Source: a virus (lineage: Duplodnaviria > Caudoviricetes). From it: a stretch of 64,000 nt of DNA. The notes beneath the pieces were generated by a model. The model made no database searches. It was not told the origin of the DNA and saw only the letters and a list, made by a program, of their open reading frames with translations. Shown here piece by piece: positions 20,190 through 30,800 of the stretch. Where the stretch lies: IMG/VR virus record IMGVR_UViG_3300020576_006124, positions 133,240 through 197,239 of that record. One strand, 5' to 3'. The translations under genes were made by a program, and so were the position numbers. Position 1 is the stretch's first letter. Every line of letters starts with the position of its first letter.

Positions 20190-21219
20190 CTAAAATATCC
20201 TTTGTAGAGTTTTTATTAAGGATAAGTGGAAGATTATACCTTCTAATCTCATTAAGCTGTTGGATCTCAGAATATCTCTCTAATAACGACCCCTCAACTT
20301 CTGAAAGAACGGACAAAAGACTTGCCTCCATCTGCATTGAAAGAGCTTGTAACCCAGAGTTTCTTAAGGCGTCATCAGACAAAATGGAAAGTGTTGTCAT
20401 AGCTGATCTCAGATTCTTATCCAGGTATATCGCATAGTTATTCCTGCCTATCAAATCAGACAATCTCTTATTCATGTCATAGTAAGGGAGAACAGCCACT
20501 GCAAGGTACTGATCTGTTATATGTTTAGTAGTATTTCTCCAAAGACCTAAGACAGACGAGATGGAGGCGTATACATCTGTATCTTTCGACCCCTGCTCCA
20601 CTAAGGACTGCTGTCTTACTAGATTTGAAAATATTCTTATTTCATCTTTGAGACTAATACCCCTCTTCTCTGAGAAGGAGCTAATGAAATCTTTCAATGA
20701 AAAATAATAGCTTTGGAAACTAGCTAGATAGTGTTTGGTGACTACCTCTAAAGAGTTCGGATTTTTTTGGGTGTATCTAAGCCATTGATTCTCTAGGGAG
20801 TACTTTATAATCCTAATATTGGACTCCGATACGGTTAAATCCGCCAAGGCAATTACCCTATAATCTCCTTCCGAAGCGGCTTTGGCGATCAAATCTTGTA
20901 GGGTTGAGTAGGAGATTGGATTGTACTTTTCTGGATGATAGGGATCAAAAGATAGATTCGAAAATTTATCTACTATCTCACCAGAAATAGTGCCAGTAAA
21001 GGAGTTTTTTGTATCAGTTTTTTTTTCTTGAATAAGATCAAGCAAAAGTTGAGACTCCCCGATCAAAGTTTCTACCAGAATTTTACTAGAGACTTGGGAA
21101 TTTGTCTGGGATGAATAGACAAGAGAGTTAGAAATATCTTTCGTTAAAGTAAGGCTTTGATCAATAATCTGGTCTACAACCCTTGGAATATCTGGTTTTT
21201 GGAATAGGCTTTTACTCAT
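20161..21219 (-). CDS. Hypothetical protein (packaging region)
   Basis: 352-aa ORF overlapping the terminase stop. Confidence 0.6.
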   Translation of the reverse strand: MSKSLFQKPDIPRVVDQIIDQSLTLTKDISNSLVYSSQTNSQVSSKILVETLIGESQLLLDLIQEKKTDTKNSFTGTISGEIVDKFSNLSFDPYHPEKYNPISYSTLQDLIAKAASEGDYRVIALADLTVSESNIRIIKYSLENQWLRYTQKNPNSLEVVTKHYLASFQSYYFSLKDFISSFSEKRGISLKDEIRIFSNLVRQQSLVEQGSKDTDVYASISSVLGLWRNTTKHITDQYLAVAVLPYYDMNKRLSDLIGRNNYAIYLDKNLRSAMTTLSILSDDALRNSGLQALSMQMEASLLSVLSEVEGSLLERYSEIQQLNEIRRYNLPLILNKNSTKDILDEISRYVQI

Positions 21220-24200
21220 TAGAAGTCCGGTAAAAATTTCTCAAATTGATATAAGTCTGAGCTAGTATAAGGGTCTACTTGTAAAATGTCTTTGGATGTG
21301 ATTACCTGGGTCTCATAAGGTCCTATCTCTGTTTGGCCCAACCCTACATCAGAAAGAAAGTCCCCAATCTTCTTCCAAGAAGTATAGAGAGCAAAGAAAA
21401 GACAGTCTATCATATGTTCATCTTTTCTGCTAAACTTAATAGTAGAGGTGGAAGTATTTAGAATTTTGTATTTATAATACTGCTCCTTCATCTCTAGATC
21501 ATTAGCGTTTAAGATAACTTCATCGTTCTCAAACTTCATTCTAGCTAACTGATAGGCAAACTCTTTAATTCTCTTCTTCTCCACCTCTCCAGTTTCCTCA
21601 TTTATCACCTCTTCTTTTCCTTGCATTGCTATCCTAACAAGGACATCTGAGAGATCAATCCCTTTCTCTAAACCTAATCTAAGAATGATCTCAGCATTAG
21701 CATCAATTCCGGATGAGTCAACGGCCACATGGGAAACTTTGTACCTCTGGTAGAAATCTATTATATGCTCTGCAGCATCATGGAACCCCATAACGTCCTT
21801 TTTCATGGACTCATATCTGTCTAGGCACTTAATTTTTCTGGTTGTAGGATTATACCCCCACACAACCACATTAGACCCTGCCTGAACTTTATCAAAGTCA
21901 ACTGTAATGAGGTTTATGCAACTAGTATCTAGGTTATGTTCACCATATTGGTAGTCATGTCTAAAGGCCTGGTCTATGTGAGGGCGATAGAATGCGTCCG
22001 TACTACCTGTCTGACGAATGTCTAGAACATATTCTGTCCTCCAACGATCCATGTCTGATTTCTCAGCCTCAAACATGGCGTTCTTTTGTTCAAGGGTTAG
22101 AGATGTATTATCCCAAATTCCGCATTTAACCAATCTTGAACTGGGGGGAAGATTTTTAAGACAAACTCTGTTATAGAATTCCCCTTCAGGGTCCTTTACC
22201 GTCCCCGCTATGTAGCCTTTAATCCTACTAAGGTGCTCTGGTGGGCAGGCAAAGTACATAGGGTTAAGCACAGAGAACCCCTCACTAGGAATTGCCCCCG
22301 CCTCATCAATTATGATAATATCGGGCTGTTTGACGCCCCTGAGCGTGTCTATCTGCTTTTTATTAGCAGAGACAATATGTCCTAAGATTTGAGATCCCTG
22401 TAAGAAGGTTCTTATGGGGGGAGAGTTTAATTGGACGCCATAAGGATCTACGAAAGCCTGAACAAAAGGTGAACCTTCTATTAGAGTATCGAGGTCTGTA
22501 AAGAAAGCGTTTCTATTGGGGTCAGATTGACAGAAAAACTGGATGGTTCTTCCTGGGTCGAATATAAGATGCCACAAAGCGATAGCTGCCAGCCCGAAAG
22601 AGTTGTGGACTACGATGTCATTTGCTATAAAGTTGTGGTCGTCGTGGTCTACTGTCAGGTCATAAACCTTCTTTATACCCACATTTTGAACCTGAATTAT
22701 AGAGAGCCATTTGCGGGCAGAATGTACGTCTTTTACTAATGGAATTAAACCCGCCTGATGAAGAAAAAGATCAGTGCTAGTGGGGTCTTGAATTATAATT
22801 TCACTAGCGGGACCCTTAAATGACCAAATACCTAATCTTAAAAGCAAATGGGCAAAGTCATTCGAGGAAGCTTTTGGTACATTGAATTCAATCTGTCGGA
22901 AAAGGTCATTAAATTTTCCGTACTTTTTAAAAACTGACAAGACAAAGTTCATCAAAAACTCGTCAGCTAGTTTAAAAACTGGGTCTGGGATTATTCCTGT
23001 AGAAGTCATTTCTGTAACCCAGGAATCTATTTCACCCCCCGTAGAAGACCCCTTAAAGCCTGTGTTGATCTTCCCTGGGGCCAGAACTCTATCCCCTATT
23101 TGAAGGTGACCCGCTTGTATCCATCCATGAGATCTGCTGAAGACCTGATGATCCCTGCTCAATGTTATGTCAAATCCATTATCAAAGATAAGCTTGATAC
23201 AATGCTTCTCCCCCGATTCAACCCACTCTGTGGGGGAGGAGAGGGTTTTATTTAAGGAGAAATCAAAAACTAGAGTTTTTTTAGTTTTACTCAAGTCTTT
23301 AATTGGTGTAGGCCTCCCTGTGAAGGAGTCTATAACTCGACTACTGCCATCAATACAATTGTGGGTTGTGATGTAGTAATCTGTGAGATAGAGTTGGTCC
23401 TTAGAGTCAAGGGTGATGCACTGACATGTAGCATACTCTTCATCCATCTCCACATTAATTACTTTTCTCCTGAGGTCCTTTTGGAGACTACCCTCCCAGC
23501 TCTCTGAGAACTTGTCACTAAATAAAAGTCCAAGCTCAACTGGTAAATAGATCTCCATCAAAGATTGTCTATTTATCGTCTTTAAATGGGCTACACCTCC
23601 AAGACCAAAAACAAGTTGCTGTACATGTCTGGCAAAGGATTCTGATGGGGCTCTGTACTCGTAGTATTTATTTGTGGGGTGGAAATAACTTTCCGTTAGT
23701 ACTTTTTCAAGATAACGGGCTCTGAGTTTTGAGCTGCCGTAGATAACTTCGTTGGGGATATCCCTTGAGGCAGGAGTAATTGGCTCTTCCAAATAATGAA
23801 GGGATGATGATAAAGAGTTATTTATCTTTGACGAAGTAAATTTCATCAAAGAGCAAGCCTTAATAAATACTTCTTTACCAGAGTCTACCAGCTTAGATAG
23901 TGCTAGTGTGTCTACCATCCACTCCTTTCCACCAGAGATAACAACCCAGAGATGGTCTTCTGTGGCCCTAGTATAGGTCCCGTCTTCCATAAAAACAGTC
24001 ATCACAGGGACATAGCCGTAAGGGTGAATGTCTTTAATTGTGGCAGAATCACCAGAAGGGGTTAGAACTTTATCCCCAACAGACAAATCTCCCATTCTTC
24101 GGAAACCTAAGGGGGTTAGTACCCTGGCTGATTGAGGTTGAGCTTTACCACCCCTTCTATGGACCCAGATGTATATGTACTTCTCAGGAGCGTCCATAAA

Positions 24201-24368
24201 TTCAGCCTGGAAACCTCTAGGATTGAAAGGAGTCCAATCCATCCCGTCTTTCACTCGCAGGAAGTTTCTAGCAAAGGCGGCCTTTGATAGTCGGGCTTCA
24301 TCAATTTTGGCTTTGAACCCTGGGTTGGTTTTTGCTTGATTTAAGATTTCTTCTAGTAGTTTCGACAT
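21219..24368 (-). CDS. terL: Terminase large subunit interrupted by two inteins
   Basis: Walker A HRRGGK|S, Walker B IIIIDEA, C-terminal nuclease (TVDFD, EHMIDC). Confidence 0.92.
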   Translation of the reverse strand: MSKLLEEILNQAKTNPGFKAKIDEARLSKAAFARNFLRVKDGMDWTPFNPRGFQAEFMDAPEKYIYIWVHRRGGKAQPQSARVLTPLGFRRMGDLSVGDKVLTPSGDSATIKDIHPYGYVPVMTVFMEDGTYTRATEDHLWVVISGGKEWMVDTLALSKLVDSGKEVFIKACSLMKFTSSKINNSLSSSLHYLEEPITPASRDIPNEVIYGSSKLRARYLEKVLTESYFHPTNKYYEYRAPSESFARHVQQLVFGLGGVAHLKTINRQSLMEIYLPVELGLLFSDKFSESWEGSLQKDLRRKVINVEMDEEYATCQCITLDSKDQLYLTDYYITTHNCIDGSSRVIDSFTGRPTPIKDLSKTKKTLVFDFSLNKTLSSPTEWVESGEKHCIKLIFDNGFDITLSRDHQVFSRSHGWIQAGHLQIGDRVLAPGKINTGFKGSSTGGEIDSWVTEMTSTGIIPDPVFKLADEFLMNFVLSVFKKYGKFNDLFRQIEFNVPKASSNDFAHLLLRLGIWSFKGPASEIIIQDPTSTDLFLHQAGLIPLVKDVHSARKWLSIIQVQNVGIKKVYDLTVDHDDHNFIANDIVVHNSFGLAAIALWHLIFDPGRTIQFFCQSDPNRNAFFTDLDTLIEGSPFVQAFVDPYGVQLNSPPIRTFLQGSQILGHIVSANKKQIDTLRGVKQPDIIIIDEAGAIPSEGFSVLNPMYFACPPEHLSRIKGYIAGTVKDPEGEFYNRVCLKNLPPSSRLVKCGIWDNTSLTLEQKNAMFEAEKSDMDRWRTEYVLDIRQTGSTDAFYRPHIDQAFRHDYQYGEHNLDTSCINLITVDFDKVQAGSNVVVWGYNPTTRKIKCLDRYESMKKDVMGFHDAAEHIIDFYQRYKVSHVAVDSSGIDANAEIILRLGLEKGIDLSDVLVRIAMQGKEEVINEETGEVEKKRIKEFAYQLARMKFENDEVILNANDLEMKEQYYKYKILNTSTSTIKFSRKDEHMIDCLFFALYTSWKKIGDFLSDVGLGQTEIGPYETQVITSKDILQVDPYTSSDLYQFEKFLPDF
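22602..23357 (-). mobile_element. Intein 2 (Cys1, class 1), 252 aa
   Basis: Starts CIDGSSRV; block B SRDHQVF; VYDLTV...NFIANDIVVHN followed by Ser. Confidence 0.9.
23358..24143 (-). mobile_element. Intein 1 (Ala1, class-3-like), 262 aa
   Basis: Starts AQPQSARVLTP after GGK; block B ATEDHLW, block F CQCITLD, ends TTHN; degenerate LAGLIDADG remnant. Confidence 0.88.
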
Positions 24369-24454
24369 AAATTAAAAAGCCCCTTTAGGGCAGGGGAGTG
24401 CTATGAGCACAATTCCATTACTCTATTCTTATATTATAATAGAGGTCTAGCTTC

Positions 24455-24868
24455 TTATCTATTGGTGTATCTTGCAGCATATGCCGCTGCTTCTTGCCTA
24501 AAGATTGCAGCACTCTGAAACCTTGTTGAGGCATAGTTAAGACTGCTCATTGCAACGTCCATTGGTGCTCTAGAGAGGGAGTATGGGGAACCTTTTATAT
24601 TATACTTTATATCATTATAGGTTCTGTACCCTGAAACTGTTCCGTGAAGTGCTGCTCCAGCTAAAGCTGTTCCCGTTATTCCTACGAATTGTGCTGTGGG
24701 GGATAGGCCAGAAACGGCCCAAGCAGACCCAAGCCCTAAAGCTGCCCCCCTTAATCTATGATCCGGGCTGGTCATAAAACCAATGGCAGCACTAGTTGCT
24801 GCTGTGGTGGTAAACCATTTTCTATTTGTAGACGCAAAGGCCTTTAGAAAATCAAAGGTGGCAGACAT
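24455..24868 (-). CDS. Gly/Ala-rich hydrophobic protein (possible internal virion/ejection protein)
   Basis: 137 aa; hydrophobic GA-rich helices. Confidence 0.5.
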   Translation of the reverse strand: MSATFDFLKAFASTNRKWFTTTAATSAAIGFMTSPDHRLRGAALGLGSAWAVSGLSPTAQFVGITGTALAGAALHGTVSGYRTYNDIKYNIKGSPYSLSRAPMDVAMSSLNYASTRFQSAAIFRQEAAAYAARYTNR

Positions 24869-25185
24869 TATTTAAAGAAATTTCTTCCGGAGATCTTACT
24901 GAAGCCTCTTAATCCTGCACCTTTAAAAAAGCTGCTCCCATTTCCCCTAAAGGAGTGGAAGGAAGCCATTCCGAGGCCAATACCTGCTGCTCCGTAAAGA
25001 CCAGCAGTAATAGGAGCCCTACGCCGAGCTGACTTCCTAGACATACCGAGGGAATACATTCCGGCTAACCCCATTCCAGCAGCCCCCCATCTTTGTTGTG
25101 CGGGAGTTAATTTTTTATAAAATCTTCCTACTTTATTACCAGCATAAAGGAGGTTTTTAAACATAGAACTCGATCTAATAGCCAT
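24868..25185 (-). CDS. Basic Gly-rich membrane-like protein
   Basis: 105 aa; coupled start/stop. Confidence 0.5.
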   Translation of the reverse strand: MAIRSSSMFKNLLYAGNKVGRFYKKLTPAQQRWGAAGMGLAGMYSLGMSRKSARRRAPITAGLYGAAGIGLGMASFHSFRGNGSSFFKGAGLRGFSKISGRNFFK

Positions 25186-25188
25186 TTC

Positions 25189-25866
25189 TTATCTCCTTAG
25201 TGAATTTCCTAGGTTTTGAGCTGATGTAATCTCTCTCATCAAATTATCATAAGTGGTTGTAGGGTCTGGGGCACGATTGTTATTTAACACCATATTCCCA
25301 AACTCTTTGGCTGGACCAAAAACAGCCTTTCCTATTGACAGGCCTACAGCTAATCCTGCATGCGGGGCATAACGTCTTATATCATTTTTGGGGAGATTTT
25401 TATAGGGGAATAATCTCATTCCCATAACTCTAAAGTTTTTCTTCTGAAGGTTGTCTATGCCTTCCATTCCGTACTTTAGCTCTTCTTGTATAACTTTTCC
25501 TGCGGGAGTTCTATAGAATTTCCCTAATAATTCATTTTTTGACTCTGTAATTCCGTGGAAGAACCCAGTACCTGAATCCCCAGTCCCCATAAAAGCTCTA
25601 CTCCATTTTCTCATGGATTTAGCTCCTAAGCTGAAACCTATTCCTGCGCCTAAAGCAGCCCCTACAGCTCCGGCCCCAGGACCAAAAGTAGAACCCATCC
25701 ATAGACCCACCCCTGCACCCAGAAGAGGGCCCACTCCATAGCCAAGAGTCCCAGCTACTAGGTGTGATCCACCCTCTACGCCTTTGGTAAAAAATCCTAA
25801 GCCGGGAGTTCCGACGTGTCCGACACCTGCTTTAAAAATATTGAATGAACTCTTATTAAATCTCAT
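25189..25866 (-). CDS. Glycine-zipper protein
   Basis: GxxxG repeats (GAGVGLWMG...GAALGAGIG). Confidence 0.55.
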   Translation of the reverse strand: MRFNKSSFNIFKAGVGHVGTPGLGFFTKGVEGGSHLVAGTLGYGVGPLLGAGVGLWMGSTFGPGAGAVGAALGAGIGFSLGAKSMRKWSRAFMGTGDSGTGFFHGITESKNELLGKFYRTPAGKVIQEELKYGMEGIDNLQKKNFRVMGMRLFPYKNLPKNDIRRYAPHAGLAVGLSIGKAVFGPAKEFGNMVLNNNRAPDPTTTYDNLMREITSAQNLGNSLRR

Positions 25867-25871
25867 TTAGA

Positions 25872-26576
25872 TTAACCACTAAGCTCTCCCTCAATTATGT
25901 CCTCGATAACTGCCCCGCCAGAGTCTTTAGTAAACCCACTAATAAGATTTTTAAGTTCATCCATAGAGTCTTTTCTAAAGGTTCCTTTTACCTTATCTTT
26001 TCTAGAGGCGTTTAGCTTGTTTATGGCGTCGTCCATACCTTTTTCGAATTGTGATCTAAACTTCAGAAGCTCATTCACTTCCTTTCTATGATAAACAGTG
26101 GAGTTTCTACTATCTATCAGTCCAGGATTAGTCTGCCACATGCCATTTACCCCCAGATCCATGCCTATTCTGTCAAGGATCATCTTGTTCATGGCAATTT
26201 GGGCTACATACCCGAGATCAACTAGATTGTCATCTTCTATTTCAAGCTTCTTTATTAGACCTGTGACTAGCCTAGCTGCATTAAGCATCTCAAAGCGGCA
26301 CTCAGAATGCCTCAGCTTTTCCTGCTCCTCCGGTTTCCCGGCTAAAGATCTCATGATAGGACAGGCTTCTGCATAAGGACAGTCGGAGGCTCTGCATACC
26401 ATGTATCCTTTTAAAAAGAGACCAAGCTTAGAGAAGGCTGTTTCGCCCTCTACCATGCTAAAATGTGGTAGAGCGCCTAATTGATCATTAATGTATCGCT
26501 CTACCGCTTCCTGAAATTCCTTCTCGGTTCTTACTATCTTCCCTGTAAGACTGAGGCTGTTGTCTTTTTCTTCCAT
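25872..26576 (-). CDS. Cys-rich protein, possible terminase small subunit
   Basis: CRASDCPYAEACP...EC followed by a coiled region; upstream of terL. Confidence 0.4.
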   Translation of the reverse strand: MEEKDNSLSLTGKIVRTEKEFQEAVERYINDQLGALPHFSMVEGETAFSKLGLFLKGYMVCRASDCPYAEACPIMRSLAGKPEEQEKLRHSECRFEMLNAARLVTGLIKKLEIEDDNLVDLGYVAQIAMNKMILDRIGMDLGVNGMWQTNPGLIDSRNSTVYHRKEVNELLKFRSQFEKGMDDAINKLNASRKDKVKGTFRKDSMDELKNLISGFTKDSGGAVIEDIIEGELSG

Positions 26577-27082
26577 TAGTCTAGTTCTTTGACCATAATT
26601 TGATTCAGGTCTTTAAGGTTGGGTTTAACTCTTCTGAGGCAATAATAATGAACCAAGGTATCTGGACCAACTTCTACTGGGTTTTCTGGATTCCAGTCAG
26701 CTATTAGATGCTCAAAGGTTTGAGTACCATAGGTCTGAACTAAGGTTTCCATATCTCCAAAGAGAGTTAACTGCCATTCAGGTGCCAGTATTGATTTCAA
26801 TGGAGAAAATTTGTAATAAACGAGTTCTACATTCAGGACAGTTCCAGCTTCAAGCTTTTGAATCAAATCTTCTTGAGAGATTCCCTGGTCCAAAAAGCTA
26901 AAGAACTCTTCATCCTTATAAGCTCTAATTTGAAAAAATTGTTTGGGAGACAAAGATTGACTTAAGGGATCTTCGTCTAGATACATTAAAGAAAACTTTC
27001 CACCCTTATTATTAGACATAAGAATTTTTATGTCTTGTAGAGTGTATTTGTTAGTAGGTATAACGGTCCAGGATTTAGACAT
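26576..27082 (-). CDS. Hypothetical protein
   Basis: 168-aa coupled ORF. Confidence 0.6.
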   Translation of the reverse strand: MSKSWTVIPTNKYTLQDIKILMSNNKGGKFSLMYLDEDPLSQSLSPKQFFQIRAYKDEEFFSFLDQGISQEDLIQKLEAGTVLNVELVYYKFSPLKSILAPEWQLTLFGDMETLVQTYGTQTFEHLIADWNPENPVEVGPDTLVHYYCLRRVKPNLKDLNQIMVKELD

Positions 27083-27836
27083 GGTAACAGTTCCTTATAA
27101 TGGAATGGATTATCCGTCTTACGTTCTTATCTTCGAAATAATCTATATGTCCTATAGGAAGAAGCTTCCTCCACCATTTGGTTCCTACTCTGGTGTAAAT
27201 ATCTAGGATTTTTCTGAATTTATAGTGAATGTTGAGATCAGATACTGGATAAGATATTACATCATTTATGCCAACTATATTTATCCACTTGGTTTTTTCT
27301 TTAAACTTTGGGGGCTTTCCAAAGTTAGGGTATTTCAGCCCAAATATAGCTAGTGGAGATCCTAAAGTAAAAAAGAACTCAATATTTTTTCTCAAATAAT
27401 CCCCAATGCTTCCATATATTTCAGATTGAGGGTGGTATAAAGGGCTTGTTTCTTCCAGCCTATCCCATAGCCATCCACAAGATATAATGGTACCTAAAGA
27501 GTGGCTTATTAATACTATTTTTTTGTTTAATTTTTGAGCTTTTTTTAATTCTATGTCAAGCCTATAGTGGATGCAATCATACACAGCTTTGTGGTTAAGG
27601 TCATAAGCAACAACGTCTCCATAGTATTTGAATGCGAACTCTCGAACAAAAGGAAAGCAAAGTTTATCAGAAGTGGCTTTCTCATACCCCAATTCTTCTA
27701 AGCTTCTTACGCACTCTTGCCAACAAATTTCCCCCCAAAATTCTTTGTCTACTTCTAGATATTTTCTTAAGTTCTCAGAGTAGCCGGGGGCTTGGTCCCC
27801 TATCCCATGAACAATTATGTAATAGTATTCTTTCAT
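27075..27836 (-). CDS. Alpha/beta-hydrolase-fold protein
   Basis: IIVHGIG, SHSLG nucleophile elbow, FTLGSPL, DVISYP, GHIDY. Confidence 0.75.
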   Translation of the reverse strand: MKEYYYIIVHGIGDQAPGYSENLRKYLEVDKEFWGEICWQECVRSLEELGYEKATSDKLCFPFVREFAFKYYGDVVAYDLNHKAVYDCIHYRLDIELKKAQKLNKKIVLISHSLGTIISCGWLWDRLEETSPLYHPQSEIYGSIGDYLRKNIEFFFTLGSPLAIFGLKYPNFGKPPKFKEKTKWINIVGINDVISYPVSDLNIHYKFRKILDIYTRVGTKWWRKLLPIGHIDYFEDKNVRRIIHSIIRNCYHV

Positions 27837-27857
27837 GGGAATAACACACTCCTAAAG

Positions 27858-27878
27858 AAATAGAGTCAGACTCTATTT
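27858..27878. promoter_or_regulatory. Back-to-back late promoter motifs
   Basis: AAATAGAGTC-A-GACTCTATTT perfect inverted repeat between divergent genes. Confidence 0.7.
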
Positions 27879-27892
27879 TAAGTAGGTTAAGA

Positions 27893-30800
27893 ATGGATCT
27901 TTTTGGAGCGCCTAGAGATAACAAAAGCCTGCTCGAAGAGTATATGGAGCAGGCGGAGGCTGGGATTTTTGACGGCAATGAAGAAACTCCCAGAGGATTT
28001 TTTAGGAAAAGAATATCCCTTACTATGGGGGCTGATCCCACTAGATACCATGGTATAATTAGCTCAAGTGGTGGGGAGAGTTATCTAAATACCTCTAAAA
28101 AATCCATTATACAAGCCTTCAACTCAGAAATAAACCAGGCAAGAAATATTAATCTGAATGAGTATGCACAGATATTCTTCAACTTAGCACATCAAAAAGG
28201 ATTGATAGAACATCAAATAGGGGTTTCTTCTGAGAGATATAGAACTAGGGTCTCTCCTATGGTAAAGACTAGTTTTAATACGGCACAAGAACTAGTAGAG
28301 GGGACCCGGGGAGGGAGATTTCCTAAAAGTCCCATGGATTTAATAACTAGGGGGATCTCAAAATATAAAAAACCCACCAGTTATCTTGCTGTATTGCGAC
28401 AGCCTTTAGATGTTCAAGAGGGGTCGGGAGAGAAGTTTATGAGATTCTTAAACTCTTTCGAAAGTGCTGTTGTTAAGAATGACGCCGATGGAGATGAGAA
28501 TGATGTTCTCAAGTTAAAAGCTTTTATTCATCATAAAATGCAGATCTTAGGAGAATTGATGAGTAAGAACCCTGTTCTGGGGGATCCGAGATTTACTAAA
28601 AGATATCAAGCCTCTTTCGAGGATCTTTTCCCGATGGATTCTACTGAGTGGTGGAAAGATCCCTCTATACAAAAAGATTTTCTTAGAGACCTTAAGACAT
28701 ATGCCTCCAACAAATCTTTTAAATCTAATGTAGATTCCTTAAGAGCAAGAATAAGAGTCTCAAATGTAGGAAAGATCGTATCTGCAACTAACTCGATTGA
28801 ACAGTGGCAGATGATGCAAATGTCGGAGCAATACCCTAATATGCATCCCAGGGATATAATGAATCTTATTGCTGGTTCTGGGCATTGGACTAATAAAGAG
28901 AACGACCCGGGGATGGGAGCTGGTAAGAAGTATTTAGGGGAAGTTCAGAACTATTTAGAAGAATATGCTTTAAAATCAAGTAACAAGAATCTAGTCAGAA
29001 CAAAGAGTAATATCTTAAATCCAGATAGCTTTGTTATTAGAGGAATGAATTGGAGAGAGAGGCAAGATTTTAGAGAGGGAAACTTTACCGGAGCACAAAG
29101 AGCAGCGGTGGCTAAAGAGCTTCAAGAAGGGCCAAGTAGAAAAATTAGGGTTAAAGAAATACTAAGAAACTCCACCCCCGTCATAACTAAGCCTAGACCT
29201 ACTAAGAAGTTTTTAGCACAAGTTAGTGACTTAAATTTGCTAAGAGATGAAGTTGAGGAAGGAACTTTTTGGGATAGGTATAAATATTATAAGAAAGAGA
29301 TAGCAACTAGGACTAAGTGGGAAGGGGATTTAGATTCTTATAATGCTTTTTTCGGGGTTCACGTTTTTCCTGCTGATGAAGAGAATCCACCGGTTTTAAG
29401 TGGTCAAAGCTTAGATAAAAAGCTTCTTCCTTGGAGATCTGGATCGGATCGCACAGTAGCGGCGAGAAGTTTGTTGAAGAATCTAGGTATTGATTATACC
29501 GAAGTGGCTGTAAGTGGGGATCACGCTGTCTGGGCTGAGGAGCAAGGGATAGAGCCTGTAGGCTATATCCTTAGTAGAAGCATGAGAATAGTACAACAGG
29601 CTGAGGAGGGAGGTATAAAATCGGAGCTGGTAAAAGGACTCCCTTTAATGGGCCAGCTAGAGAACAGGACAGTGTTAAATGAGACTCTTCTCTCTGGTGC
29701 TACAAAAATGCTACATCCAATGTATCAAGTGGAGCAGGGTAAGCTGGTCCAACACATAGACCCCATAGACCAGCTTGCTCACATATTAGAGGGGAATTTA
29801 ATACAGCCAGGAGCAAATGGAGATCGTGCGATTAAAAATGCTCGTATGTTTGGAGAAGTTCCAAAGGAGACTGTAAATTTCTTAAAATCAAGGCTTAGAT
29901 CCTTAGACAGTGACGTTATGGTATCTTTGAGAAACAACGGGGTTGACCCCGTTGTGCTGCAATCTTTCCACGAAAGGTTTCTAAAGTTATCTCAAGGGTC
30001 TCATCCTAAGGGAATGATGGATAATCTACTCTCAGAGTTCCAAATTCTAAGGGATACTACGTTCCATGCCGGGAAGTACCTAGAAATTAAAGATCAAATA
30101 AGAGAATTTCTAGATGAGTATGGGTCTAATGTGAGGGCTGAGTACTCTTTTGTAGGAAAGGGGGGGCTAAAAGGACAATATATTGCCAAAGTATCCGATC
30201 AAAATCTAGACTCTTTAGGAAGAGTAGCTTGGCTAGTGCAGAATACTGGTGGTAAGATGGGGTTCACCCAGATGGAAGATCTGGTTCAGGCGTTCAATGT
30301 CGTCTCTGGCCATGCCCTTATGGGAACTAAGCCTAGGGACTTTTTTAAGGGAGGTAAAGTTACTTTTGGCAGACCAGGATTTCTGGATGCACATCCAAAC
30401 AGGGTAAACCAGCTACAGAGCCAAATGCTGGACTCCATACATGTGCAACAGAATATGGTGATGGTTAATATGAGTTTTGATTCTGTTCGGGATCTGTATA
30501 AAAGAACTTCTAGGCTAGATCTGCCTGAGTTTGCAGAGAAGAACCCGGGAGAATCTATTGCAATTATGTCCAAATATGGGCGTGACCAATTTAGAGGAGC
30601 TAAAGATCAATTTCACATGCTCCCTGGAGTTCAAGATCCTTCTGGGACTGATTTGGGTGTTCTATATAACTCAAATGGCTTGGATGTTGTACCTGTAATG
30701 GGGGCAAACACCCACCTAGAGAAGTTAATGGCTGAGGGAAAAATTACATTTTATAATGGAGACAGAATAACTTCCACTAACGTTGATAGAATTCTAGGGA

